Source: Sumerlaeia bacterium
GTDB lineage: Bacteria; Sumerlaeota; Sumerlaeia; SLMS01; JAHLLQ01
Length of the DNA: 64,000 bases
Direction of reading: 5' to 3'
Assembly (NCBI GenBank): GCA_040219255.1
Contig: JAVJSW010000049.1
Coordinates: 96,001 to 160,000 of the forward strand
In this document: one piece after another, positions 9,230 through 19,686 of the stretch
Numbering within the stretch: position 1 is the first letter of the stretch
Layout of the letters: every line of letters begins with the position of its first letter
Notes under the pieces: model-generated
The model's input: only the letters and a program-made list of their open reading frames with translations
What the model was told of the DNA's origin: nothing
The model's database searches: none
Position numbers and translations under genes: made by a program

Positions 9230-10441
9230 TTAGCGTTCGCCGAGGCCGACGAGGGCGTAGATGCTGGGCGCCAGGGCGAGTTGGACTTCCTGCTGAACGG
9301 ACGGGAGTTGATTTTCCAGGGCGCGGGGGTCGTCGGTCACCATGGCGGCCTCCGGTTCGGCGAAGACCATCCAGTCGCGCTCGACCTCGGTTCGCGGATC
9401 GCCCATGAAGAACTGGGTGAGGATGTTGCGCTCGGTCAGGTTCTGGGCCAGGTAGGGATCGCGCCGCATGCGGATGTAGACCTCGCGGGCGGCCTGCGTG
9501 TCGCCCGAGGAAACCAGGGCGTCGATCAGCTTGGAATAGGCGGTATAGGCCAGGGGGTGGCTGGGGTAATCGAAGGTGAACCGGCGAAGCTGCTCGACGG
9601 CGGAGGCGACGTAGCTCTTCACTTCTTCTTCACTGGCGCGGACGGCGGCGGCGAGATCGCCCATCGCGAGTGTGAGCAGGGCGTAGGGCCTGAGGGCGGC
9701 AGCGGGAGTTTCCTGGGCGATGCGCTCGAGCGGGCCCCGATGGCTGGGATCGAGGAGCGCGAGATTTTGAAGCGACAGAAAAACTTCCGGGTCCTCGATC
9801 CATTCGAGAGCTTTCTTGTCATCGCCGCTGGCGGGCGTCACGTCATACGAAAAGACACCGAGGTCCTGATAGGTGGCGGTGGCGCCATCGGCGTCTTCGA
9901 AGCAGTAGAGGGCGGTGGCCATGCGATAGGCGCCGGCGGTATCGGAGAGAGCGCCCGACAGGCTGTCGTGATCGTAGGCGAGGATCTGGACGCGGCTGAC
10001 CCGCTGGTCGTACTCCAGGCTGGTGCCGACGCGTTGGTTGCGGCGGATCAGGGGGTCTTTCACTTCGAAGGGAGCGATGCCGAGGCTTTGGTCGGGAACG
10101 ACGACGGCGCGAAAATCCGACCCCAAAGTCAAGGCGCCGGTGAACTCGGCGGGGCGGCCTTTCGCATCGCCTTCGACTTGCAACTCGATGAGGAGCGGTT
10201 CGCCCTGGGACGCCGAGGGCGTCAAGAGGCGGGCGCGGCGCAGGACACCGTTGCACCGGACGGCGTCGAGGTATTGGGGCGCGGAGGCGGGGTTGGCGTA
10301 GGCGGGCGGAACGGCGGACTGTGCCTGGGCGAGTGCCGGAGCCGCGGAAAGAAGGCCCGCCAGCGCCAGACCACAAGCGGTCCAGCGGTTGCTAAAGGTG
10401 GGATTTGGGGAGATGAAAATCCGCGAAAGTCGCCGCATCAT
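9230..10441 (-). CDS. Hypothetical exported protein with helical (TPR-like) C-terminal half
   Basis: Signal peptide ..LALAGLLSAAPALA; long ORF with coding-like codon usage; start uncertain (10441 or 10501). Confidence 0.65.
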   Translation of the reverse strand: MMRRLSRIFISPNPTFSNRWTACGLALAGLLSAAPALAQAQSAVPPAYANPASAPQYLDAVRCNGVLRRARLLTPSASQGEPLLIELQVEGDAKGRPAEFTGALTLGSDFRAVVVPDQSLGIAPFEVKDPLIRRNQRVGTSLEYDQRVSRVQILAYDHDSLSGALSDTAGAYRMATALYCFEDADGATATYQDLGVFSYDVTPASGDDKKALEWIEDPEVFLSLQNLALLDPSHRGPLERIAQETPAAALRPYALLTLAMGDLAAAVRASEEEVKSYVASAVEQLRRFTFDYPSHPLAYTAYSKLIDALVSSGDTQAAREVYIRMRRDPYLAQNLTERNILTQFFMGDPRTEVERDWMVFAEPEAAMVTDDPRALENQLPSVQQEVQLALAPSIYALVGLGER

Positions 10442-10539
10442 AAGTTGGCCGTCAGTTTCCGTGAAAGAGTCGGGCGCGATGGCAAAAGGTTGCCGCGCCA
10501 TGCACCCTCACCGGACTCGAATCGCCCCGGCGGGGTTTG

Positions 10540-11187
10540 CTAGGGGCGATTGGGCTCGAGGATCAACTGCCCCGACAGATCCCGGCGCGCTTTGCGGGCC
10601 AGGTCCTCGAGCACTCCCAGTTGGGACGTGAACCAGTCCGTGTCCTGGCCGGACCAGCGCCACACTTCGTCGCCGCTTTGGACTTCGACGAGGGAGAGTT
10701 CCAGATCCGCTTCGCTCTTCCAGGTGTGGAGAGTTTTGTCATGGACCGTGCGCGATTCGCCGACTTGGCTGCTGAGGACGTAATCGACGTTGAGCGCGCG
10801 GCCGTAGTCGAGGGGGTCCTGCATTTGGAGGACGACGAGTCGTTCCTCCGGGGTCAGGCCCGGGTAGATTTGATTCAGGACGCGCTCCTTGGAAGCCATG
10901 AAGGCGGTCAGGTCGGTGCGGGAATAGACCTGGACGCCGGGGATGCGGCCGAATTCGCGGGCGAGGGCTTCGCCGGCCAGGACGCCGGCGTTGCCACTGT
11001 CGTAGCGGTCGCGGGCGGAAAGCCACCATCCGGCGGTGGACTTGCGGGTTTCGCCGTTTTCGACGCGGGCATCGAGCACCGCCATGGTAACCAGGCCATC
11101 GGTGGCTGGCATTTTGCGCGCGCAGCCGGACGTCAGGGCCACCGCCATCAGACAGAACGCGAGAAAAAGAAATCCACTGGGCCGCAT
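10540..11187 (-). CDS. Putative lipoprotein (CsgG/LpoB-like fold)
   Basis: Lipobox LTSG-C; GRALNVDYVL and LVEVQSGDEVW motifs. Confidence 0.7.
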   Translation of the reverse strand: MRPSGFLFLAFCLMAVALTSGCARKMPATDGLVTMAVLDARVENGETRKSTAGWWLSARDRYDSGNAGVLAGEALAREFGRIPGVQVYSRTDLTAFMASKERVLNQIYPGLTPEERLVVLQMQDPLDYGRALNVDYVLSSQVGESRTVHDKTLHTWKSEADLELSLVEVQSGDEVWRWSGQDTDWFTSQLGVLEDLARKARRDLSGQLILEPNRP

Positions 11188-11306
11188 CTCGGACGATATT
11201 CCTCATCGCTGGAAATGATGGGGCGGATCGGGTCCACCATCCGGGCCCATAGGGAACCAGGGGCCCCGCAAGCGTCAAGCGCGGTCGCGGCGCCAGGGGG
11301 ATACAG

Positions 11307-11334
11307 AAAACCGCCCCGGAGGATTCCGGGGCGG
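11307..11334 (-). terminator. Rho-independent terminator
   Basis: CCGCCCCGGA-GGAT-TCCGGGGCGG stem with adjacent A tract, downstream of the 11400-13085 gene. Confidence 0.7.
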
Positions 11335-11399
11335 GGGTCCATGCTCTCAAGCGGGCTCGCGCTGGGGAGGTGTGGTTCCCATCACCGTCTCACGACGGT

Positions 11400-13085
11400 T
11401 TACTGCATGACGACGGAGAAGGAGCTGTGTTGACCGTCTTCCGTGACAGTCTTGCTGGTCACGATGTTGCCCATGCCGCGGACAATATCGAGGCCCTTGA
11501 ACATCGCTTCCATGTCGTCGGGCTGCATGCCGGCGCCCACGAACTGGGCAAGGAGGGGCGAGGCGATGTCGACGATGCGCTTGAGGTTGACCTGGCTGTA
11601 CTGGTGGGCTTCGCCAGGGATGTTGCCGCTGGCGGAGGACCAGGCGGCGCCTTCGAAGAGCCCGCCGTCACCGGCCTTGGCCGCCTTCAGCGCCCCGCGC
11701 AGGCTTTCAACGTTCGGCCCGATGACGACGGTGCCGTCTTCAGTCATGGCGTGGAAGAGGCCGAGCGGCATGCCCATGGCGCCGGGAGCGATAATCGAGC
11801 GCACTTCAACGCCCTCGATGGTCTGCACCTGCGGCGTGACGGCGACACCGCCGCCCTGCTGCGCGAAGACTTGAGCGACGTTGCTCTCCAGCTTCGACAT
11901 GACGGCCTTGGCCTGGTCCTTGTTCTTGGATTGGGCGACGATGGTCAGGTCGATCTGGGGCATGAAGCCCATCAGGGCAAAGTCGTTGAAGAAAATGCCG
12001 GTGTCGGGGCCAAAGGCGGAGAGCACCTCGTCGGCCTTCATGCCGAGCATGGCTTCGATCTGCTGGACGCCCTGCTTCACTTCCGGAGTGGTGGTGGGCG
12101 AATTGAGGGACTTTTTCACGGTTTCGCCGTCGAAGAGGTTCGTGACGGTGGCGAAGAGGGCGTCGTTGGCGGCGAACTCCGCCAGTTTGTCGAAGTTCGA
12201 GGTTTCCTGGGCGGCGTAGTTGTCGATGAGGGACTTCATCTGCGAGCCCTCCTCGACGCCGACGAAGGACTTGCCGTCGATGCGGGACTCGCCGAAGTTC
12301 ATGACGGCGGCGATGTCGTCGGGGATCATGGACTTGGCTTCGGCCAGTTCGGGGCGCGCGGCCATGAGAGTTTCGATCAGCGCTTTGCTGGCGAACATGG
12401 AGAAATGACCATCCATGCCGACGTTTTCGAAGGCCTTTTTGATGCGTTCGTTTTCCGCCAGGGTGTTGCCGGTGGAGGTGATGGAGCTGGACAGGGCGCC
12501 CATGGAGGAGGAAGCGATGAGAATTTCGCCCATGCGGGTGGCGTGAACGCCGTCGCCGCTGAGGCTGTAGGTCTTGGTGCCGCTCACTTCGTTTTCGGCG
12601 ACCATCTCCGCTTCGGCGACGCCTTGACCGGCCATGGCGGCTTTGGATTGCTTGAGGAGGTGCTGGAGCATCGCTTCAGCGTGCTCCTCGGAGTCGAAGT
12701 CGGCGACGATGACCATGGCTTGGTTGTCGGTCATGTAAAGGTCGACGCCCTGGAGGACTTCGCCGAGGAACTGATCGGGCTTGAGGCTGTACCCCAACTC
12801 GAGTTCGGCTTTGTCCATGTTGAGGAGGAAGTCCTGGAACTCGGGGGAATTCTTGACGGCGTTGAGGGCGAGGAGTTCGCCGAGGCGGGCGGCGACGGGG
12901 GACTTGCCGAAGCCTTGCCACATTTCGTTCGTGTCATTGATGCTGACGAAGGCCTCGACACCAGAGGGAACGCGGTCCGGAACGGCGACTTCCTGGGCCG
13001 CGGCGGTCAGGGGCAGAGTGAGAGCGAAAACCGTCGCGACGGCGAAACGCCGGGTGTGGCGCGAAAAGCGGGATCTGAGAGTCAT
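11400..13085 (-). CDS. Exported protein, DUF3352-like
   Basis: Signal peptide ..LTAAA-Q; two-fold internal architecture resembling DUF3352; strongly biased codon usage. Confidence 0.6.
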   Translation of the reverse strand: MTLRSRFSRHTRRFAVATVFALTLPLTAAAQEVAVPDRVPSGVEAFVSINDTNEMWQGFGKSPVAARLGELLALNAVKNSPEFQDFLLNMDKAELELGYSLKPDQFLGEVLQGVDLYMTDNQAMVIVADFDSEEHAEAMLQHLLKQSKAAMAGQGVAEAEMVAENEVSGTKTYSLSGDGVHATRMGEILIASSSMGALSSSITSTGNTLAENERIKKAFENVGMDGHFSMFASKALIETLMAARPELAEAKSMIPDDIAAVMNFGESRIDGKSFVGVEEGSQMKSLIDNYAAQETSNFDKLAEFAANDALFATVTNLFDGETVKKSLNSPTTTPEVKQGVQQIEAMLGMKADEVLSAFGPDTGIFFNDFALMGFMPQIDLTIVAQSKNKDQAKAVMSKLESNVAQVFAQQGGGVAVTPQVQTIEGVEVRSIIAPGAMGMPLGLFHAMTEDGTVVIGPNVESLRGALKAAKAGDGGLFEGAAWSSASGNIPGEAHQYSQVNLKRIVDIASPLLAQFVGAGMQPDDMEAMFKGLDIVRGMGNIVTSKTVTEDGQHSSFSVVMQ

Positions 13086-13214
13086 GAAGGGATCCTTTAG
13101 CGGAAAGTTTGGGGAATACGGGGCAAAAACTTCGGTGGACCTGCCGGTCCGGTCCTCGTTAGGGAACACTACGCCCCGGGGAGGGACAATATTTATGAAA
13201 GAAGTGTTCCGAAC

Positions 13215-14393
13215 GTGCGCGCACTGACGATTCTAGGCTCAACAGGCAGCATCGGGACCCAGGCGCTCGATGTCGTTCGGGCGTTTCCTTCACAGTTTCA
13301 GGTTCTCGCGCTGGCGGCGGGGAGCAATCTGGAACTGTTCCGGCGGCAAATCGCCGAGTTCCAGCCGGCCTTCGTGACTCTGGCGAATCGCCAGGGGGCC
13401 GAAATTCTGGCATCGGAATTGGCGGGAACAGGGACGAAATTGCTCAGTGGCCCGGACGCTCTCACGCGGCTGGCGGCGGAGGTCCCGGCCACCATGGTGC
13501 TGGCCGCCACGGTGGGATGGACGGGGGTGGAGCCGGTTCTGGCGGCCATCGCCGCGGGGCGCGACATCGCCCTGGCGAACAAGGAAGTGCTGGTGTGCGC
13601 GGGGGATCTGGTGATGGCCGCGGCAAAAGCCCACGGCGTGGCCATCTATCCGGTGGACAGCGAGCACAACGCCATCATGCAGTGCCTGGCGGCGAGCGGC
13701 CCAGGGGCGGCGCCTCTGAGGCGCTTGATCCTGACGTGCAGCGGCGGAGCGTACCGCAACGCCTCGGCGGAGGAAATCGCCCTCGCCGGTTGGGAGCGCA
13801 CACTGGACCACCCGACCTGGGACATGGGGCGCAAGATCACCGTGGACAGCGCGACGCTGATGAACAAGGGCTTCGAGGTGATCGAGGCGCACCATCTTTT
13901 TGGTGTGCCAATGGAAAAAATCCAGGTGGTCATCCACCCGCAAAGCATCGTCCACAGTCTGGTGGAATTCGCCGACGGCAGCATGATGGCTCAGATGGGC
14001 CGCACGGACATGCGGCTGCCGATCCAGCACATTCTGACCTATCCGGACCGGCGGCCGACGACGCTTGAGCCGTTGGACTTGACGGAGGTGGGGTGCCTGG
14101 ACTTCTTGAAACCCGACCTTGGGCGCTTTCCGTGCCTGGCCATGGCGTACGAAGCGGCTCAGCGGGGCGGGACTCTGCCCTGTGTCCTGAACGCCGCCAA
14201 CGAGATCGCCGTTGCCGCGCACCTGGGCGGCCAGATTCCGTGCGGAGGGATTCCGGAGTTGATTCGCCAAGTCCTGGACGCCCACGAAATCCAGCCCGCC
14301 GCAAGCCTCGACACACTGCGGGAGGCCGACCGCTGGGGCCGCGAGGCAGCCCGGGCCGTTCTGGCCGGGATGAACGCGGCGCCTCGCGTCTGA
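13215..14393 (+). CDS. dxr: 1-deoxy-D-xylulose-5-phosphate reductoisomerase
   Basis: LGSTGSIG, LANKE, PVDSEH, HPTWDMGRKITVDSATLMNKGFEVIEA, NAANE. Confidence 0.97.
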   Translation: MRALTILGSTGSIGTQALDVVRAFPSQFQVLALAAGSNLELFRRQIAEFQPAFVTLANRQGAEILASELAGTGTKLLSGPDALTRLAAEVPATMVLAATVGWTGVEPVLAAIAAGRDIALANKEVLVCAGDLVMAAAKAHGVAIYPVDSEHNAIMQCLAASGPGAAPLRRLILTCSGGAYRNASAEEIALAGWERTLDHPTWDMGRKITVDSATLMNKGFEVIEAHHLFGVPMEKIQVVIHPQSIVHSLVEFADGSMMAQMGRTDMRLPIQHILTYPDRRPTTLEPLDLTEVGCLDFLKPDLGRFPCLAMAYEAAQRGGTLPCVLNAANEIAVAAHLGGQIPCGGIPELIRQVLDAHEIQPAASLDTLREADRWGREAARAVLAGMNAAPRV

Positions 14394-14593
14394 AGGGCGG
14401 CTTTTCTTTTTGTGCGTGACGAATGGGATTTTCACTTTCTGCTTAGGTCGGGGGTCCCGCCCGGTCTACCATCTTTCGACCGCGCCCAACCGAACGCTTT
14501 TTTTTCCAGTCCACCTTATTCCACCCTCTCGCGTCCTGGTGCCCGAGCGCCGTTAGCGTTAGGAAAAAGCCCCCGAAAGGCCCCGACCACCTC

Positions 14594-16228
14594 GTGTTTC
14601 TCGACCTCTTAGCTCAGGCTGCCGCGGAAGCCCCCGCCGCCGAACCGTTTCTGTCCCGTGTGGGCAGCTTTCTTGTGGGACTGCTCGGCTTCGTGACAGC
14701 CTTTGGCCTTGCCGTTTTCATCCACGAACTGGGGCATTTCCTGGCCGCCAAGGCTTTCAAAGTCCCCGTCGAGCGCTTCGTCATCGGTTTCGACCGCGAG
14801 GCCATGCCGTTCATGCCCAAGTGCATTTGGGAACGGACTTATGGCGAGACGACCTATGGGCTGTCGCTGATGCCGCTGGGCGGGTACGTCAAGATGGCCG
14901 GCACGATCCACCCCGACATCGAACGCTATATCGACGGCGACGCCCCGAAAGAAGGCGAGCTGACGGAAACGGACGCGGCGGGTCTGGAAGTGCTGACCCA
15001 CGCCACGCCCTCGAAGCAGCAGCCGGCCGAGGCGGACACCGATACGGACAAGCCGGCTTCGCTCTCAGAGCAGGCGCTCCAGGATCAGGCGGCGCTTTAC
15101 AAGAAGCCGTTCTGGCAGAAAACGATCGTTTATGGCGCGGGCGTCACGATGAACATGCTCCTGGCTATGGTCATCGTGACGATCATGCTGGTGAAGGGCG
15201 AAAAAATCGACAAGCCGCTGCCGGCCGTCGTGGCCTGGCAGAGTCCCAACAGCGCCTTGGTACAGCAGGGTCTCGAGCCCGGCGACCGCATCGTCTCGAT
15301 TCACGGCACCCCGGTTTCGACGGACCGGGAGGTCTACGAAGTCTTGGGGAAACTGGCCAACCCGACGGTGATCGAGGCCCCCGGGTCGGACGTCAACGAA
15401 GGGACCACGATCACGGTGACGATTGGCCTGGACCGCGGCGGCGAGCAGTTGACGAGAACGGTGGACTATCACACGGCGGAATTCTTCGGTGAGGACGCGT
15501 TGATTTCCCGCCCCGCCAGCGTCGAATACGTGGTGCTCTACGAACCGGCGAGCAAGGGCGGCGTGAAGGAAGGGGACTTGATCCTGGAGGTGGAAGGAAC
15601 GCCGGTCCAGGACTGGTTCCACCTGGTGCACCTGATCAGCCAGTCGGCGAACGAAGATATGTCGTGGATCGTGCGGCGCAAGGATCAGGACGCACCGATT
15701 CAACTGACGGTGACGCCTCGCGAGGAAGAGATCGAACGCCCCGGCCTGGACCCCGTCGTGGTGGGCCGCGTGGGGATTCAGTATGGCGCGCTGGAAAAGG
15801 AAGTGGCGAAAGTCGGTCTGGGCGAGGCGATCCTGATCGCGCCGGGCCAGATCGTCCGCATGACGAAGGGCTATTTGTCGAACCTGGGGCGGCTGGGCAA
15901 GAACCTGGCCCAGGGCGACGTGCAGACCGTGCGGCGCGAGTTGGGCGGCCCGGTGGCTATCGGCCACATGGCGGGGCACCACGCCAACCTGGGGCTCGAC
16001 CGTTTTCTGCAATTCATGGTGATGCTGAACATCGCGCTGGCGGTGATGAACCTGCTGCCGCTGCCGGTGCTCGATGGCGGGCACATTGTGCTGGCGGGCT
16101 ACGAGGCAGTGGTGGGCAAGCCGGTGCCGCCGAAGATCCTGGTGCCGATTTTGAATGGGGCGGTGATTTTCCTGCTGGGTTTCGTGCTGCTGGTTTCCTT
16201 CAGCGATTTGCTGAAGATTTTCAGTTAG
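14594..16228 (+). CDS. rseP: RIP metalloprotease RseP (M50, two PDZ domains)
   Basis: HELGHF, PLGGYVKM, two PDZ domains, NLLPLPVLDGG; follows dxr. Confidence 0.93.
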   Translation: MFLDLLAQAAAEAPAAEPFLSRVGSFLVGLLGFVTAFGLAVFIHELGHFLAAKAFKVPVERFVIGFDREAMPFMPKCIWERTYGETTYGLSLMPLGGYVKMAGTIHPDIERYIDGDAPKEGELTETDAAGLEVLTHATPSKQQPAEADTDTDKPASLSEQALQDQAALYKKPFWQKTIVYGAGVTMNMLLAMVIVTIMLVKGEKIDKPLPAVVAWQSPNSALVQQGLEPGDRIVSIHGTPVSTDREVYEVLGKLANPTVIEAPGSDVNEGTTITVTIGLDRGGEQLTRTVDYHTAEFFGEDALISRPASVEYVVLYEPASKGGVKEGDLILEVEGTPVQDWFHLVHLISQSANEDMSWIVRRKDQDAPIQLTVTPREEEIERPGLDPVVVGRVGIQYGALEKEVAKVGLGEAILIAPGQIVRMTKGYLSNLGRLGKNLAQGDVQTVRRELGGPVAIGHMAGHHANLGLDRFLQFMVMLNIALAVMNLLPLPVLDGGHIVLAGYEAVVGKPVPPKILVPILNGAVIFLLGFVLLVSFSDLLKIFS

Positions 16229-16231
16229 GCC

Positions 16232-17224
16232 TCAGCGCCGCACCTTCAGGTATCGCCGGGCGGCGGCTTCGTAGGCCAGCGGGCTGAGCCAGCGAATCGG
16301 CGCGATGGTGGAGAGCACGCCGGCGGTGTTTGTGAGGGAGGGATTGACGGCCTGGGCCTTGCGGAATTGCTCGCGGGCGAGGGACCAGTTGGACTCGAGC
16401 CCGGCGTAGAAGGCGGCCATCTGATGGCAGCGGGCATAGCGGGACTGGACGCGCCGTTCGCCAAGACGCTCGGCCAGTACGGGATGGCGTTCGAGGAGTT
16501 GTTCGAGCCCGCGGCGGGTTTCCTCGTATTGCTCGGCCCGGCGCGGAGCGGCGGCCATGGAGGTGTTGTTGCCATGCCGGCGCCAGCGGCCCAGCTCGCG
16601 GTCGCGCAGGCAAATGGCCGGGCCGACAAGGCCCAGTTCGATCCACTTGAGATAGTCGGTGTTCGGCCCCGGCCCCCAGAACGGGCCGCTTCGCCGCCAG
16701 GCTTCCTTGCGGAACATGACCGAGATGGCGGGGACGAAGCAGTAGTTGGCGAAGAGTTCGGAGGCGAAATCGCCCTCGACCGGGGGGTAATTGTCGAAGT
16801 GGGTGCCGAGGCGCCGCTCATCGTCGTCGATGGCTTCGGCGTTTCCATAGACCATGCTGGCTTCTGGATTGGCGTCGAGGGCCTCGACTTGCCATTCGGT
16901 GCGTTGGCGCGGGAGGAGATCGTCGGAGTCGACGATGCTGACATAGGGGGCGCGGGTCATTTCCGTGCCGCGATTGCGGGCGGCGACGACGCCGCGGTTT
17001 TCTTGACCAAAGGCGCGAATGCGGGGGTCGCGGCGGGCGTAGTCTTCTGCCACCGAGAGGGTGCCATCGCGCGATCCATCGTCGACGACGACGATCTCGA
17101 AGTCCTGGATCGTCTGATCGAGAATCGAGTCGAGCGTCGCGCCGATATAGCGCTCGTGATTGTAGGAGGCGATGACGAAGCTGACGCGGGGGACCGGGGG
17201 CAATTCATCGCTGGGGAGCGCCAT
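16232..17224 (-). CDS. GT2 glycosyltransferase
   Basis: VSFVIASYN, VVDDGSRD, ARNRG, DSDD. Confidence 0.9.
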   Translation of the reverse strand: MALPSDELPPVPRVSFVIASYNHERYIGATLDSILDQTIQDFEIVVVDDGSRDGTLSVAEDYARRDPRIRAFGQENRGVVAARNRGTEMTRAPYVSIVDSDDLLPRQRTEWQVEALDANPEASMVYGNAEAIDDDERRLGTHFDNYPPVEGDFASELFANYCFVPAISVMFRKEAWRRSGPFWGPGPNTDYLKWIELGLVGPAICLRDRELGRWRRHGNNTSMAAAPRRAEQYEETRRGLEQLLERHPVLAERLGERRVQSRYARCHQMAAFYAGLESNWSLAREQFRKAQAVNPSLTNTAGVLSTIAPIRWLSPLAYEAAARRYLKVRR

Positions 17225-17473
17225 GGTATAGAAGTCCGCGTGGGGGATGGCTTTCGTGAAGATCGGGCGCGAAAGCTGAGGCAACGAAAGGGAAGGGGGC
17301 GGGATGGCTCAACCGGAAAGCCGGGCTCCAGAGGCGGTCCTGTGGCCGAAGGCGCGCCAAATGGGGGCAGAGCGTCCGGCATTGGCGTTGACCTGAGGAG
17401 GCGCCCTAAGTACTCGTCACCATTCCGGGGAGGGCAAGGCGCCACTTACCCAACTTTCGCTAGATCGTCTCTT

Positions 17474-18352
17474 GTGTCCACTCAAGTTAGCCCCGGCCTG
17501 ACCATAACTACCATCAGCTCTGACCCACGGGTGCGAGTGATTCAGGCGATTCGCGACCTGGTGGAGTACCGCGAGTTGTTCATGGCGTTCGTGATGCGCG
17601 ATCTGCGGGTCCGCTATAAGCAGACGGCCCTGGGCGTGGTCTGGGTGGTGCTTCAGCCGCTGATTACGGGTGTGGTCTTCGCAGCGATTTTCGGTCTGAT
17701 CCGGGGACAGTTCTCCGGGGCCGACGCGCTGCTGTTCTTCATGGCGGGCCTGGTTCCCTGGACCAGTTTTCAGAAGGGCGTGCAGACGGCGGCGATGAGC
17801 CTGGAGCAGAACGCGAATCTGGTGGCGAAGGTGTACTTTCCCCGCATGACGGTGCCGTCGGCCTATGTGATCGCGTCGATGGTGGATTTTCTGTTCGCGT
17901 TTATCACGCTGGTGGCGATCGCGGTGCTGGCGGGAGCCTTCGATTGGCGATTGGTGGCGCTGGCGCCGATGCTGATGCTGATTCAGATGGTGGCCGGTTT
18001 GGGGATGGGTCTGCTGACGGCGCCGCTCAACGCGCAATACCGGGACGTGAAGTACATCATCCCGTTCGTGTTGCAGTTGGGGATGTTCCTGACGGTTTGG
18101 ATTCCGTTGGAGCAATGGCGGCAAGGTGAGGTGGGTTTCGGGGCCGAGATCGCTTGGATCGAGCCCTACATCTACCAGATTCTGTCCTTGAACCCGATGG
18201 CGGCGGTCGTCGAGACTTTCCGGGCTGTCCTGCAGGGGAGCGCTCTGAACTGGGTTCTGATCGGCAAGGGTGCCGGCGTCGCGGCCGTTCTCCTGATCGT
18301 GGGAGTTCGATTCTTCACCAGCCGCGAACGGCGGCTCGTCGATATTCTGTAG
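17474..18352 (+). CDS. wzm: Polysaccharide ABC transporter permease
   Basis: RDLRVRYKQTALGVVW..LQPL, KVYFPR, YRDVKY, LNPMA; start is inferred (GTG). Confidence 0.9.
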   Translation: MSTQVSPGLTITTISSDPRVRVIQAIRDLVEYRELFMAFVMRDLRVRYKQTALGVVWVVLQPLITGVVFAAIFGLIRGQFSGADALLFFMAGLVPWTSFQKGVQTAAMSLEQNANLVAKVYFPRMTVPSAYVIASMVDFLFAFITLVAIAVLAGAFDWRLVALAPMLMLIQMVAGLGMGLLTAPLNAQYRDVKYIIPFVLQLGMFLTVWIPLEQWRQGEVGFGAEIAWIEPYIYQILSLNPMAAVVETFRAVLQGSALNWVLIGKGAGVAAVLLIVGVRFFTSRERRLVDIL

Positions 18353-18354
18353 AG

Positions 18355-19686
18355 GTGTCTGTGTCCGGACCGGAGGTTCAAAGCCCCCCCGCCATCGTCA
18401 AGTCGGCGGATACAACGCCGGGCACGGCGGCGTCTTCTCGCTCGGCGATTCAGATGAATGGGATCGGCAAGCGTTATCGGCTGGGCGATTCGCGGCGGAT
18501 GAACGACTCGCTGGGCGACGAAATGGCGGGCTGGTTCTCGCGCTGGCGCCGGCGGGGCCAAGACAAGGATGGCGACAGTCTGTTTTGGGCGCTGCGGGGC
18601 ATCGATCTGGAAGTGATGCGCGGAGACACGGTGGGCATTATCGGGCGCAACGGCGCGGGAAAGTCCACCCTGCTCAAGATCCTCAGCCGCATCACGACCC
18701 CCACGACGGGAACGATGCGATACATGGGGCGTCTGGCCAGTCTGCTGGAAGTGGGCACCGGTTTCCACCGCGAACTGACGGGCCGAGAGAACATCTTCCT
18801 GAACGGTTCCATCCTGGGCATGCGCCGCCGTGAAATCGAACAACAGTTCGACGCCATCGTGGAATTCGCCGGTACGGAAAAGTTCCTCGACACCCCGGTC
18901 AAATTCTACTCCAGCGGCATGTACGTGCGCCTGGCCTTCGCCGTGGCGGCCCATCTGCGCACCGACATCCTGGTGGTGGACGAAGTGCTGGCTGTGGGGG
19001 ACGCGCAGTTTCAGAAGAAATGCCTCGGCAAAATGCAGGACGTGGCGGGCGACGGGCGAACGGTGCTGTTTGTGAGCCACAACATGGCGACCGTTCAAAG
19101 GCTTTGCGCGTCGTGCATTTACCTGCGCGATGGTCAATTGGTCACATCCGGAGAGACGGTGCAGGTGATTCAGGAGTACCTGAAGAGCGGCATCAACCTG
19201 GGAGCGTGTGCGGATCGCGGTCCTGATCCTTCGTTCCCGATGCGGCTGCGGACGGCTGCGGTGGTGGACGAGGAGGGAGAGATTCTGCACCAGGTCGAGC
19301 GCTCGCAGAAGGCTTTCCTCTCCGTGCGTTACGACATCAACGAACCGGTGAAGGATGTCCACGTGGTCTGTCACATCACGGATATGCAAAACAACATTAT
19401 CGTAAGCACGGGCGATTGCGACATGGGTCGGGACGTTTCCGCGGTCCGGTCTCCCGGAGCGTACGAAGGACGATTTCAAATTCCTTCCCACACGCTGAAC
19501 GATGGGAGCTACTCTGTCACGGTTGCACTGGGGATCCCCTACCGGACGGTTTACGACCGGGAGGCCTCCTGCGCAGATTTTCAAGTCGTGGATTTGCGGC
19601 GCGAAGAAGGCCCGACGTACGCCCAGCGGCGTCCGGGCTTCTTGGCCATCGATATTCCGTGGGAAGTGGTAAGGGTCGAAGAATGA
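18355..19686 (+). CDS. wzt: Polysaccharide ABC transporter ATPase with Wzt_C domain
   Basis: GRNGAGKST, YSSGMYVRLAF, DEVLAVGD, VSHNM; C-terminal Ig-like extension. Confidence 0.93.
   Translation: MSVSGPEVQSPPAIVKSADTTPGTAASSRSAIQMNGIGKRYRLGDSRRMNDSLGDEMAGWFSRWRRRGQDKDGDSLFWALRGIDLEVMRGDTVGIIGRNGAGKSTLLKILSRITTPTTGTMRYMGRLASLLEVGTGFHRELTGRENIFLNGSILGMRRREIEQQFDAIVEFAGTEKFLDTPVKFYSSGMYVRLAFAVAAHLRTDILVVDEVLAVGDAQFQKKCLGKMQDVAGDGRTVLFVSHNMATVQRLCASCIYLRDGQLVTSGETVQVIQEYLKSGINLGACADRGPDPSFPMRLRTAAVVDEEGEILHQVERSQKAFLSVRYDINEPVKDVHVVCHITDMQNNIIVSTGDCDMGRDVSAVRSPGAYEGRFQIPSHTLNDGSYSVTVALGIPYRTVYDREASCADFQVVDLRREEGPTYAQRRPGFLAIDIPWEVVRVEE

Noticed and set aside
13215-16228. dxr-rseP without flanking uppS/cdsA/ispG
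   Set aside because: Ordinary rearrangement of a common housekeeping gene order
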